In this document: positions 49,701 to 58,439 of the stretch, in pieces | How the letters are laid out: every line of letters begins with the position of its first letter | Position numbering within the stretch: position 1 is the stretch's first letter | IMG/VR virus record: IMGVR_UViG_3300034082_004192 | Location: 1-64,000 of that record | Direction: 5' to 3' (one strand) | DNA from: an uncultured virus (IMG/VR IMGVR_UViG_3300034082_004192) | Taxonomy: Duplodnaviria > Heunggongvirae > Uroviricota > Caudoviricetes | DNA: 64,000 nt | Notes under the pieces: generated by a model | Told to the model about the DNA's origin: nothing | The model's database searches: none | What the model saw: the letters and a program-made list of their open reading frames with translations, nothing else | Position numbers and translations under genes: made by a program

Positions 49701-49988
49701 TAATTTTTTACGCCGACCATCTTCTGTTTTACTCTTGTCAAAACGATCTTCACAAGTGTAAACTTCTATGCCAATGATAGGTTTGATTGGATCTAAGGTG
49801 CTATAGGAGCGACAAGCTTCAACAAATTCTACAGCACCACCCATTTTTCCATGATCTGTAATTGCTGCAGCTCGGAATCCCATTTCTCGTGCTTTAAGTG
49901 CATATTTGGCTGGAGTAGGGAGAGCATCTTGTATGGAAAAATGCGTATGGGCGTGTAAATGAACGAAATCTTTATTAGAACTACACAT
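46743..49988 (-). CDS. dnaE: DNA polymerase III alpha subunit
   Basis: PHP HLHAH, TDHG, RGSGVGS, FERFLNPGR, PDVDTD, HASGV, KYDFLGL, YRPGP, YAFNRSH. Confidence 0.97.
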   Translation of the reverse strand: MCSSNKDFVHLHAHTHFSIQDALPTPAKYALKAREMGFRAAAITDHGKMGGAVEFVEACRSYSTLDPIKPIIGIEVYTCEDRFDKSKTEDGRRKKLNHLTLLAQNETGYKNLLSLSALGNDPDAFYYSPRVDWGCIEKHSEGVIALSGCLASELNQSLMREDVETANSVVNRFKNVFQDRYFIELQHHGIDEQAHNTPFLLDIANKYDLPVVASNDVHYLDKLDWKIHDVLIQMRDQRDSRTDKKNGKKEAYGSHQFYLKPYDDMHKIFGSSVPDALKNSVLISEMVEDFFKLDVPHLLPAARIPKDNQEFNNFWKSKLPHHKANEAYLAFLCISGLRQANLFTNNYLARLDSELRQIWYMGVTDYFLIQRELVEFMKHKDIHFGIRGSGVGSLVNFCLEVCNVDPVRWNLMFERFLNPGRGTQYSIDISEFPAKQFINEYGEMDQIPYSKKLRNITKQWLEYFPEYKKFEPEIEKELWVLENQGLSSYIYNLAKMGIKTKNNESQLWTAHILEITEEMPSDGLVISKVAALPDVDTDIDDSRRSEVIDWTKDRFGEDHVAQIGTWGKYAAKNSVVGCLKASTNFQDTYPNDFHNQALKISACISKKPGTTIEETIQENEEFKHYYNQWKEELDSAIQLVGTYSNFGVHASGVLVCSEPLYLHAPIENSKGNLCSAYDMKNVERVGLVKYDFLGLAAFHQVALCLEHIKRLHNKDIDFKKINLDDAKIFKNIYARGKTASVFQFASKGMQQALRDVNASNIEDLIAVAALYRPGPMDYIPQYAEGKRHPETIQYAHPIIEKHLSVTYGIMVYQEQAMFLARDMAGFTWQQVDKLRKAISKKSGKDFDDVCNLFSTKSKERGIPEAIVDEVLALMAKFGGYAFNRSHACSYALLSYYTAYLRNYYPSEWLAACIQIDRLDEDKLAVLLKECSMDRIPVKAANVNESGVETTVNKKGEILLPLSAIKGVGARAIDIVEHQPYEDCKDLAYRARPNRGMVAFLAEHDALSCLSDTLQFEVVEDFMEYWDNIVAERNREEKNSLRMQKLSEKNSVSYDDIINNKERKTKSTSSTIKTLLSDGLFD

Positions 49989-50038
49989 AAAATGCCTCTT
50001 TCACAAGCGCCGTCAAAGACAGTCATACACTTGTAATA

Positions 50039-50836
50039 TTAGAGAATTGCTTTATTGCGACTCGAATAAAGTTTACCATTTTTTTCGTGATAATGCCTTG
50101 GTTCTAAATTAAGAATCAGGTTTTTATCAATTACTTTCAATGCCTTTGGACGAGTTCGCAAAGGCAATCTGTCAAACTCCAATAGCCTATAAGAATTAGA
50201 AATTTGTTTACAGATAATATAAGAATAATTTTTTTGGATGAGTTTGAGTTTCTTATACTCTTGCACTTGCTCATTTGTAAGGGATAATTTTGTCTTTTTT
50301 AAAGTTTTATCTATAACTTCGTGGTTTTGCCTTGAAGATATATATTTGCAATTTTTTATAGCATTTCTTATAGTAGATTCGCTTTGTCCAGTATAGAAAG
50401 AAATAGTTTGTATGGCTACTGGTCTTTCGTCTTCATAACGAGCAGTGAAAATAGAAATCAATAATTCTTTGACATGTTTAGAACTTTGACTTTGAAGAGC
50501 TGAAATTGGAACTGCTACAGGTTTTGATCTAGTAATTTCAGGCTTTAGACGATTGATTATTCTGTTTATAGAAAATAAACAAACAGTCTTTTTACCTGTA
50601 CTACCGTGAGGAGTTGTCCAATAAAGATCAACTCCTTTTTTTATTTTTTCATAAACAAAAGTAGATGAAAATTGAAATACTTTTTTAGCTATATTTAAAA
50701 TTTCTTCAACAGGAACGATACCAGAATTATTCTCATCAATTAATTTGGAAATAGCCCAAAGAATATAAACATCCACTTCATTGTGTTTTAAGACTTGGGC
50801 TATTACTTCAGGATTGAGAATTATCGTTTTGGACAT
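50039..50836 (-). CDS. Basic HTH-containing protein
   Basis: IQTISFYTGQSESTIRNAIK resembles an HTH. Confidence 0.45.
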   Translation of the reverse strand: MSKTIILNPEVIAQVLKHNEVDVYILWAISKLIDENNSGIVPVEEILNIAKKVFQFSSTFVYEKIKKGVDLYWTTPHGSTGKKTVCLFSINRIINRLKPEITRSKPVAVPISALQSQSSKHVKELLISIFTARYEDERPVAIQTISFYTGQSESTIRNAIKNCKYISSRQNHEVIDKTLKKTKLSLTNEQVQEYKKLKLIQKNYSYIICKQISNSYRLLEFDRLPLRTRPKALKVIDKNLILNLEPRHYHEKNGKLYSSRNKAIL

Positions 50837-51053
50837 TGTTAGCTAAATCTTCTAGTATCTTATTGGCTCCAGACCAAAAAATATACTCATAAATTTCTTC
50901 ATCAGTATATCCTGGATTTTCTGCTAACATAAGCTGATTGATAAAATGAACTTTATTTGCAGTGAAACCTTTGACTAAAATATTAACTGGAATTTCTACT
51001 GGGGCCTTATCTAAAGTCATTTTTAGTTTTTCAATAATTTCAGTGCTGTTCAT
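50808..51053 (-). CDS. Hypothetical protein
   Basis: 81 aa with SD GGGAG. Confidence 0.55.
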   Translation of the reverse strand: MNSTEIIEKLKMTLDKAPVEIPVNILVKGFTANKVHFINQLMLAENPGYTDEEIYEYIFWSGANKILEDLANNVQNDNSQS

Positions 51054-51711
51054 TTAATTCTCCCATCTTTATTTTTGCATCTTTGATAAAAGTTTTCCAT
51101 AGACTATTTAGGGCTTGATGATTATTTTTATGCAATTCGTCATCTATTTGCTTATAAACAGAATCAGTCCAATCAATAAATTTTGGATTTAAGTTGGTAA
51201 GCCTTTCGTATTTCTTAATCTTTTCAGAAAAAGCAATAAGGAAATTTACTTCACTTACTCCACCAGGGTAATTGCTAGAATTGTTTTCTTTTTCAAGGTA
51301 TTTCTTTATAGTATTGTTTACTTCACGCATAATATATTTAGCGTCAAAGTCAACAGTTTCTATGTCAATATTTGCATATATAGAAAGCTTTTGAATTGCT
51401 TCTATAAAATTAAATCCTTCTACTTCTTGAACAAGCTTTATTAAGTCTCCAGATGCTCCACAGCCAAAACAATTGTATGTATTTGAAGCAACGTTAACTC
51501 CAAAAGATGGATTATTGTCGTTGTGATCAGGCATTGGGCATCTTGTATTAGCCCAATCACTATTTTTTGAAATTATAAAATCTGAATCGTAAACAGACTC
51601 CATAAATTCCATAATATTAATTGATTCAACAAGATTGTCAATAAAATTTCTTGTTATCTTAGTGCTGTTCAAAGAGCATCCAATCTGGAACTTGAAGTTC
51701 ACGATCATCAT
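51040..51711 (-). CDS. Stand-alone primase CHC2 zinc-finger protein (true start probably slightly downstream)
   Basis: CPMPDHNDNNPSF..YNCFGCGASGD..FIEAIQKL. Confidence 0.88.
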   Translation of the reverse strand: MMIVNFKFQIGCSLNSTKITRNFIDNLVESINIMEFMESVYDSDFIISKNSDWANTRCPMPDHNDNNPSFGVNVASNTYNCFGCGASGDLIKLVQEVEGFNFIEAIQKLSIYANIDIETVDFDAKYIMREVNNTIKKYLEKENNSSNYPGGVSEVNFLIAFSEKIKKYERLTNLNPKFIDWTDSVYKQIDDELHKNNHQALNSLWKTFIKDAKIKMGELNEQH

Positions 51712-53251
51712 CTAGATTTACTGGAGTGTAATCATCTTCTTCTTCAACTTGATCTTTGTCAAAAACATTATCATCAAATGCAGAAGCAGGACGTTTGATA
51801 GGAGTTTTGCCATCTGTTTTTGGCAATTCTTTAACAGTAGTATTTCCTGTGGCTACTCCATGTAAGGCCAGAATTTGTTGTTGTTCTTCTTCTTCGAGTT
51901 CAGTAACTTTATTGAATTCTCTATTCATTCGGATAGGAAATGGATTAAACCAAGCATCACGCATTTTGACAGGATGCAAAATACAATATCCATGTTCTCT
52001 GTTGGGTTCCATAGCAATTGCGTAAGTACAAAGGTGCATCAAATTTTGTCCACCAGATGCAGCAGCTTGATCATAAGACATAAATTTCTTTTCATCTTTT
52101 GACTTACGTGAATCCCTAATTGTATCCCGATTGATCTGTTGAGCCGTAAGTACTGGAATATTGTATCTTTTGGCAAGCAAAAACAAACCCTTTACAGCTT
52201 GAGACTGATTTTCCCAATCTTTTGCTCCAGCAGTTGCTTTACGCACAGTCATATTTCCAATATAGTCAACAACAAGTAAGTCTGGTTTACCTTTAGAAGC
52301 AATTAATTCTCTTATTTTTTGGTCAATGTATTCAGGAGTAGGATCTTCCATGTTGACATCGTATTCAAAATAAGGGCCATCTTCTTGAGATTTCAGACCA
52401 TCATAAATTGTTTTCATTTCATCTGGAGATAAGTCAGTTCCCTTAATTTGATCATAAGGAATTTCAAAACTTAATGAAACGTGGCGAAGCAAACAAAGCC
52501 AAGAGTTCATTTCAAAAGATAAGTAAAGAACTTTCTTTTTACAAACTTTATTTGCATGTAAAGCTGAGTTTAAGAGCATGACACTCTTACCACCAGAAGA
52601 TGGAGCAAGGAATACAATAATTTGACCAGGCATCCAACCAAAAGTCTTAGAGTCTATGTTACTAATTCCGCATTCAATACCTTTATATAATTCAGGTTGA
52701 GTAAGACGTTTTTGATATTCATTTTTGAAAAAATCAGCGCTATCTGAAACATCAAAATTTTGCTTGTCATTAAATGAATCAGTAATGTCAGCTTGAATAA
52801 TATCTATCTTGTCTTGAATTGTTTCAATCGTCTTTTTCAAGTTGCCTTCAGAAAGATATTCATTGGTTTCTTCAAAAGCTATTGTGAGGTTGCGAAGACC
52901 TGCAAATTTCTTGAGTTGTGAAATAACTTCAAAGAAATCATTTTCATCACAGTCAGAATTTTCAATTTCATCCCACAAAGAGACTAATTTACGTCTATCA
53001 ATTTCTTTTACTTTGTGTTCATTGAGTTTAGATTCTAAGACAAATGAAGTTACAAGACTCCCTTTGCTTTCTTCCCAATATTGTTGAATAAGTGCAAATA
53101 AGCTTTTTGTATACGACAATTTCTCATTTTGTTCTTGAAAAACAAAATGATCTAGAGACAAGTTTCTCAAGAGTGCTTTGTCCATACACCTAGTACTTTT
53201 GGTGATTGCAGACAAACACATAATTTCCAATGTTCTTTGATCTAATTTCAT
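51659..53251 (-). CDS. dnaB: Replicative DnaB-like helicase
   Basis: APSSGGKS, SFEM, VVDY, AQQINR. Confidence 0.9.
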   Translation of the reverse strand: MKLDQRTLEIMCLSAITKSTRCMDKALLRNLSLDHFVFQEQNEKLSYTKSLFALIQQYWEESKGSLVTSFVLESKLNEHKVKEIDRRKLVSLWDEIENSDCDENDFFEVISQLKKFAGLRNLTIAFEETNEYLSEGNLKKTIETIQDKIDIIQADITDSFNDKQNFDVSDSADFFKNEYQKRLTQPELYKGIECGISNIDSKTFGWMPGQIIVFLAPSSGGKSVMLLNSALHANKVCKKKVLYLSFEMNSWLCLLRHVSLSFEIPYDQIKGTDLSPDEMKTIYDGLKSQEDGPYFEYDVNMEDPTPEYIDQKIRELIASKGKPDLLVVDYIGNMTVRKATAGAKDWENQSQAVKGLFLLAKRYNIPVLTAQQINRDTIRDSRKSKDEKKFMSYDQAAASGGQNLMHLCTYAIAMEPNREHGYCILHPVKMRDAWFNPFPIRMNREFNKVTELEEEEQQQILALHGVATGNTTVKELPKTDGKTPIKRPASAFDDNVFDKDQVEEEDDYTPVNLDDDRELQVPDWMLFEQH

Positions 53252-54042
53252 CTTGTGTATGGCAATCTCATAGTTAAACAATTACGCAATAAGGAATTCC
53301 ATCCTGAACTGCTACTAACAGAAGAAGCTCCCCCAGAAACCATTAGGACAAAAGGTTTTCCAGAGTTTACCCTGGATTTTGCTAGTCTGTCCAAATTTTG
53401 AGGAAATTGAGGATGAGTGTGTTTGTACTGTTCAATGCCATCAATTGCAATGAAATCAAGATTTTTGAACTCTTCGTTCATTTTGTCGAATTCATCTTTT
53501 TTGTCAAAATCACTCAAGATGCTTATAATTTCAGTCCAATCATAATATTTGGCTGACAATCCTTTTTTTATTGCTGATTGAACAAGTACAGCAGCGATAA
53601 AAGTTTTTCCACTTCCAACTTTACCGTCAAATATCAATGACTGTAATTTGGTCCTCATGTTGCCTGTGTGAATAATGGTTGGAGAGTCATTGTTTAGGAT
53701 GTTTACTAAATTCTTTTCAAAGTAAGTAAGCATTTTGTAAACTCTTTCACTGTTGATTTGCTCCATCCCCAAATCTCTTCCATGAGCGTCAGTTCGAGTG
53801 TTCCAATCATCAATAGTTTTACCAATAAAAATTCTTGGCACATTGGATTTAGCATATAGTTCTTTGAGAAATTTTTCTTTCTCACAAGAACACATTACAG
53901 ATTTACCTTTTATGTTTGTGGTGTAGCCAGAATAATCACAAAGAGGACACCCAATGCCTTTGCTGATTTTGTATCTTCTAGCACCTTCTTTAAGGTTATC
54001 TACAGTAAGTCCCAGTATATCTTTGAAATCTGGCTCATTCAT
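53248..54042 (-). CDS. DnaC/IstB-like helicase loader
   Basis: CPLC..CSC, GKVGSGKT, IAIDG; adjacent to dnaB. Confidence 0.75.
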   Translation of the reverse strand: MNEPDFKDILGLTVDNLKEGARRYKISKGIGCPLCDYSGYTTNIKGKSVMCSCEKEKFLKELYAKSNVPRIFIGKTIDDWNTRTDAHGRDLGMEQINSERVYKMLTYFEKNLVNILNNDSPTIIHTGNMRTKLQSLIFDGKVGSGKTFIAAVLVQSAIKKGLSAKYYDWTEIISILSDFDKKDEFDKMNEEFKNLDFIAIDGIEQYKHTHPQFPQNLDRLAKSRVNSGKPFVLMVSGGASSVSSSSGWNSLLRNCLTMRLPYTR

Positions 54043-55646
54043 TACAAATCATCCTCGTTTTCATTGTATCGCTTAATTTCTGAATTGCTACTAGAGGCAT
54101 TCCTGGCTCTTTCACTAGCCCAAGAACGCAAAAACTGTATCTCTTCTTTCATAAGTTTAGACAATGGAACCGAGTCTTGTATAGCCTTTACAATGTCAGA
54201 TGTAATAATTTCTCTCTTATCATCACTAAAGGCTTCATATAATGCTGCTTCTATGGCAGCTTCAATTTCAGCACCAGTGAAACTTTCAGATAAATCAGCC
54301 AATAATTCTAAATTGAAGTTTTTGGGATTTCTATTTCTTTTCTCAAGATGGATCTTAAAAATAGTTTTTCTTTCTAATAACTTAGGAAGATCAACAAAGA
54401 AAATTTCATCAAATCTACCTTTTCTCAACAGTTCGGGAGGAAGTGAAGTCACATCATTAGCAGTAGCAACAACAAATACTGGAGATTGTCTATCCTGCAT
54501 CCAAGTAAGCCAAGACCCTAAGACTCTAGAAGTTGTTCCGCCGTCTGTAGATCCTGAAGCTCTACTACCTGACATGCCTTTATCAATTTCATCGCACCAA
54601 AGAATGCAAGGTGCTACACTTTCTGCAACCTTGAAAACTTGACGCATATTTTGTTCAGAGCTTCCAACAAGCCCAGAGAAAACTTTGCCCATATCAAGTC
54701 TTAATAAAGGGAAATTCCAAAAAGAAGAAATAGCTTTGGCAAATAGTGATTTACCAGCACCTTGAATTCCAACAAGTAAAATACCTTTAGGATTTGCTGG
54801 TAGTCCGTAATCAAAAGCATCTTCAGAAAAAGCATCTTTACGTTTTTCAAGCCAAGACTTTAAACCCGTTAGGCCACCGATACTATTCATATCAGTAGGG
54901 TCATCAATCCAATCTAATAGGCCTGATTTACGAATAATATCTTTCTTTTGTTGGATAATTGATTCAGGCAATAATGATGTGTGCTTAATCATACAATAAG
55001 TACAAACTTGCTCACATTCAGATATAGTCAAGCCTCTGAAGCAATTGACTACATTGTCAAGTTCTTCTTTAGAGTATGATGTTTGAAATTTAGCAGCAAG
55101 ATCAGGTCTTTTAGATGCTTTGTCTAGAAGATAAGTAATTTTTTCTGTTATTTCATCTTTACTAGGTAGTGGAAAATCAATCACAGGAACAGACTTTTCT
55201 AAATCTGTGGGTAATTCTAGTACTGAAGAAAGAATTATTATTGCTTTGTTTTCTGTGGAAAAATCAAAACTTAAGTTTTTTAATTGACGGACAACTTTAA
55301 TTTCAACTTGCCCACGGTAATTTCCAGAACCAAAAAATTTGTTGTAATCTTTTAGCACCAAGATACAAAATTTATTCTTTGGTACTATAAGTTTTTTAAA
55401 CCAGCCCAATACTTCTTCTTGATCTAAAACACATTCAGAAGCTTTTGCTGGTAAGAATTCTGGAAAAGTAGAATGTAATCCAGAAACAATATCCCATTTC
55501 AATAGATCCCAAGAAGTATCAGCTTTGGAACATAAACTTTCCAAAGCTGACATTACTCTATTTTCTTCTTGAGAAACTAAATATAAGACAGTTCTTTTAG
55601 ATCTTACAAGTAGCTCAATTTCATCAATTGTTTGATTGCTGTCCAT
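54042..55646 (-). CDS. Ycf46-like AAA+ ATPase
   Basis: EENRV, WDIVSGL, GIQGAGKS, VGSSE, DEIDK, LPPELLRKGRFDEIFFVDLP. Confidence 0.88.
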   Translation of the reverse strand: MDSNQTIDEIELLVRSKRTVLYLVSQEENRVMSALESLCSKADTSWDLLKWDIVSGLHSTFPEFLPAKASECVLDQEEVLGWFKKLIVPKNKFCILVLKDYNKFFGSGNYRGQVEIKVVRQLKNLSFDFSTENKAIIILSSVLELPTDLEKSVPVIDFPLPSKDEITEKITYLLDKASKRPDLAAKFQTSYSKEELDNVVNCFRGLTISECEQVCTYCMIKHTSLLPESIIQQKKDIIRKSGLLDWIDDPTDMNSIGGLTGLKSWLEKRKDAFSEDAFDYGLPANPKGILLVGIQGAGKSLFAKAISSFWNFPLLRLDMGKVFSGLVGSSEQNMRQVFKVAESVAPCILWCDEIDKGMSGSRASGSTDGGTTSRVLGSWLTWMQDRQSPVFVVATANDVTSLPPELLRKGRFDEIFFVDLPKLLERKTIFKIHLEKRNRNPKNFNLELLADLSESFTGAEIEAAIEAALYEAFSDDKREIITSDIVKAIQDSVPLSKLMKEEIQFLRSWASERARNASSSNSEIKRYNENEDDL

Positions 55647-56475
55647 TTAAAAACTTATCAAATTGAAATCTTGGATTACCTGGATAATCTTCATCTCTCC
55701 ACCAGGTTTCTTCCTTGTATTTAGCCGTGTATTTAGCGAAAATTTCACGCCAATCAAGTAATTCAAATGTAGGAAGATATGGAGAACGGGAAATGGATTT
55801 TTGAAAAGTATCTTCTATAAGTTTCTTTTCTTCTGCTGAACCCTTAGAGAGAGTTTCAAATAATTGATTCAATCCAGAAATAAAATCATCATTTGAAATT
55901 TTATGTGTATGGGCATAATAAGTACATACAATAGGAATTCCAAATTTGGAAAACAATTCTTTTGAACGTCCAAGTTTTGCCAGTTTCATAACTTCATCAT
56001 AAATATCAATAAGAGTTGCAGAGCTGTTTGTATTAATGACATCCTGATAATAACGATTTAAATAATGAGGAAATTCCATAAGCAAGAAATGTCCTGATCT
56101 TTGCATGATCATTGGCTTGTTGATGAAACACCAATCAATAAATTTCTTCGTCCATTCATTTTTATCAAGCTTATTGTCTTCCATAAAATCTGCAATGATG
56201 TTTATGATTTTATTATCCGATGTGTAAGTAACACGGTAAACACCATTAAAAGCTTTTTTATATTCATTGAAGAAATAGTCTGTAAAATTCTTTGCAGTCC
56301 AATCCTTAAGATCTTCTGGGGCATCTTTCAAAGTTTTAACTATAGGCTTCTTGCGTTGACGTTTATTTGCTTGAAATGGATTTGATAATTCAGATTGAAG
56401 AGGAATGTGTTGCATGTAAATACCTTTCACAAAATCATAAGTCGGATCACTAATTGCCTTCATTTTCTTCCTCAA
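55624..56475 (-). CDS. Hypothetical protein in replication cluster
   Basis: 283 aa, DWTAKNFTDYF motif. Confidence 0.55.
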   Translation of the reverse strand: MRKKMKAISDPTYDFVKGIYMQHIPLQSELSNPFQANKRQRKKPIVKTLKDAPEDLKDWTAKNFTDYFFNEYKKAFNGVYRVTYTSDNKIINIIADFMEDNKLDKNEWTKKFIDWCFINKPMIMQRSGHFLLMEFPHYLNRYYQDVINTNSSATLIDIYDEVMKLAKLGRSKELFSKFGIPIVCTYYAHTHKISNDDFISGLNQLFETLSKGSAEEKKLIEDTFQKSISRSPYLPTFELLDWREIFAKYTAKYKEETWWRDEDYPGNPRFQFDKFLNGQQSNN

Positions 56476-57175
56476 TTACATCAAAATTTTGCATATCTTT
56501 TATCTCTTCTATAGTAGTTTCTTTTACTTTGGCTATGCCATTTTCTTTATATACTAGATAATTTTTTGATGATATAAGGGCAAATTTTTCTGGAGAGTGA
56601 GTGATGAGTATATTTTGCAAACCTAATTCCGTATTATATTTCTTCATAAATTTCAATAAATATTTCATTACACCATCCCTAGAAACAGCAGAAAATGCTT
56701 CATCTAAGAAATAAGCACCTGTGTATCCATTATAAGTTCCAAAGGCAATACGCAATACATAACTGATTATTTCATGCAGTCCTCCTCCACTTGTTCCACG
56801 TAAAGGACGTTTTACTAACTCACCATCAATCAATTTTTCCATTACTGGCAGAATTGTAAATTGACTTGTATTTTCACTTTCCTTTTGGCTTATTTCTTTC
56901 ATTTCCATAGTGAAAGTATAATCTTGACTATACATATCTCTTGACCAAGCAGTAACTAATTCTTCAATTGAAGCAATTGCATTAAGTCTGGTTTCTTGTG
57001 CTATTTGGCGAATAAATATACTAGCTTTTTTGTTGAGTTCTTTGTCAACTTCTAACTCTTTTATCTTACTTTCTTGTTCTTCTAAAAGAGTTTGTAAGGT
57101 TTTGCGTTCTGCTTCAAGAGTAATTAACTCTCTTTCAAGTTTACTACAAAAGCTTTTTATTTGTTGAAGATCCAA
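56450..57175 (-). CDS. sbcC: SbcC/Rad50 C-terminal half
   Basis: Coiled coil, signature SGGG, Walker B FLDE, ITH. Confidence 0.82.
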   Translation of the reverse strand: MDLQQIKSFCSKLERELITLEAERKTLQTLLEEQESKIKELEVDKELNKKASIFIRQIAQETRLNAIASIEELVTAWSRDMYSQDYTFTMEMKEISQKESENTSQFTILPVMEKLIDGELVKRPLRGTSGGGLHEIISYVLRIAFGTYNGYTGAYFLDEAFSAVSRDGVMKYLLKFMKKYNTELGLQNILITHSPEKFALISSKNYLVYKENGIAKVKETTIEEIKDMQNFDVIEEENEGN

Positions 57176-57177
57176 GA

Positions 57178-57441
57178 CTACTCTCCTTCAAGTTCAGCAA
57201 CTTTATCTTGTAATTCCTGAAGTTTGCTTTCTAATTCGGATTGCTTATTTGTAATTAAGTTCTTAAGATCTTTTGGTTTGCAGCCATAATTGTTTTTGCA
57301 AGTTTGTACTAAATCATCATATTCAGTTTTAAATTGCTCAAGTTGTGGAGATAAAACTTGAACTTTACCTTCAGCATTTCCTTTTTTCTTTTTGTATCCT
57401 TCTATGTGATCTAGGATTTCTTTAGATGTCATTTTTTTCAT
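57178..57441 (-). CDS. Small coiled-coil protein
   Basis: 87 aa inside the sbcCD cluster. Confidence 0.6.
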   Translation of the reverse strand: MKKMTSKEILDHIEGYKKKKGNAEGKVQVLSPQLEQFKTEYDDLVQTCKNNYGCKPKDLKNLITNKQSELESKLQELQDKVAELEGE

Positions 57442-58439
57442 TCCCCCTTAATAGTCTTGGTATTGACAGTCTTAACAGCATTGATAGCTAAATCAATAAT
57501 TTCATTGCTAATATTAGCGTTTTCTGCTTTAGTTCTTAGTGCGGAGAGTTTATCATCAAGATTTGTAAACTGCCATGATGTAGTTCTCATGTTTGCAACC
57601 TTAAGTTTAAACTCATGTGTATCTTTCTTAAGTTCTTTCGCTGCTTGCATTTCTTCAATCTTGAAAACTTCACTAGCTGGTTTTGCAGATTTAAGTTTGA
57701 TATATTCTTCGTTTTGAATTTCACCATCCAATGTATAGTCAAGAATTAATATTTTAATGTCTTTTTCTAAATTGTCTCTTGACGCTGAATATCTGCTGAT
57801 TGAACCAGGGTTTATAAATCGCTTTCCATCACTTCTTGTTTGCGTCATTTCATGATGTATATGACCTGAAATGACTAGATTTGTATTGGGATGCAAAGGT
57901 GTATCCTCGAAAAGATAAGCATATTCAGCAAACCTATCAAGTTTTGTTGAGATTGATGCATGACAAACCCAAATAATTGCTGATGAAGTTGTAAGAAAAC
58001 CTTGCTTTATTTCTCTGTCTAGAGATGGAGTGTAATGAGCAAAAGATATACCCAAAGAAGGTTCATAGTCTTTCTTAATCAATAATCCAGCAGAAATAAG
58101 TGTTCCTAAAGCAGTCTTTTCAAGATTTGAAGAACTATCAAGATCGTGATTTCCTACACAAATATAGATAGGAAATGACCAAGGTTTATTACCATTTGGT
58201 ATACCTTTCAAAATTTCCAAAGTTTGATTTCGTAAAAGTGGTCCAACTTCATAAACTTCAAATAGATCGCCAAGAAGAACAACGGCATCAAGCTTTCTTT
58301 CTTCAGCAATTTGAAAACATTCAATAAGCTTTGTTCTGATTGATAAACTATAATCATCAAGTCTATTTTTTGGTTGCCTGTCCATTAAATGGATATCACC
58401 AACAAACATGACTTTATTTTGTTTAATTATATTATTCAT
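57438..58439 (-). CDS. sbcD: SbcD/Mre11 nuclease
   Basis: GDIH, GDLF, GNHD, GHIH, NPGS. Confidence 0.9.
   Translation of the reverse strand: MNNIIKQNKVMFVGDIHLMDRQPKNRLDDYSLSIRTKLIECFQIAEERKLDAVVLLGDLFEVYEVGPLLRNQTLEILKGIPNGNKPWSFPIYICVGNHDLDSSSNLEKTALGTLISAGLLIKKDYEPSLGISFAHYTPSLDREIKQGFLTTSSAIIWVCHASISTKLDRFAEYAYLFEDTPLHPNTNLVISGHIHHEMTQTRSDGKRFINPGSISRYSASRDNLEKDIKILILDYTLDGEIQNEEYIKLKSAKPASEVFKIEEMQAAKELKKDTHEFKLKVANMRTTSWQFTNLDDKLSALRTKAENANISNEIIDLAINAVKTVNTKTIKGE

Noticed and set aside
46743..53251. Inteins in DnaE, DnaB or TerL
   Set aside because: Inserts lack C/S start, HN end and LAGLIDADG motifs
54064..54642. Antisense ORFs in the track (also 3334-3795, 60635-61000 and others)
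   Set aside because: Shadows of well-supported genes on the other strand, with no motifs or RBS
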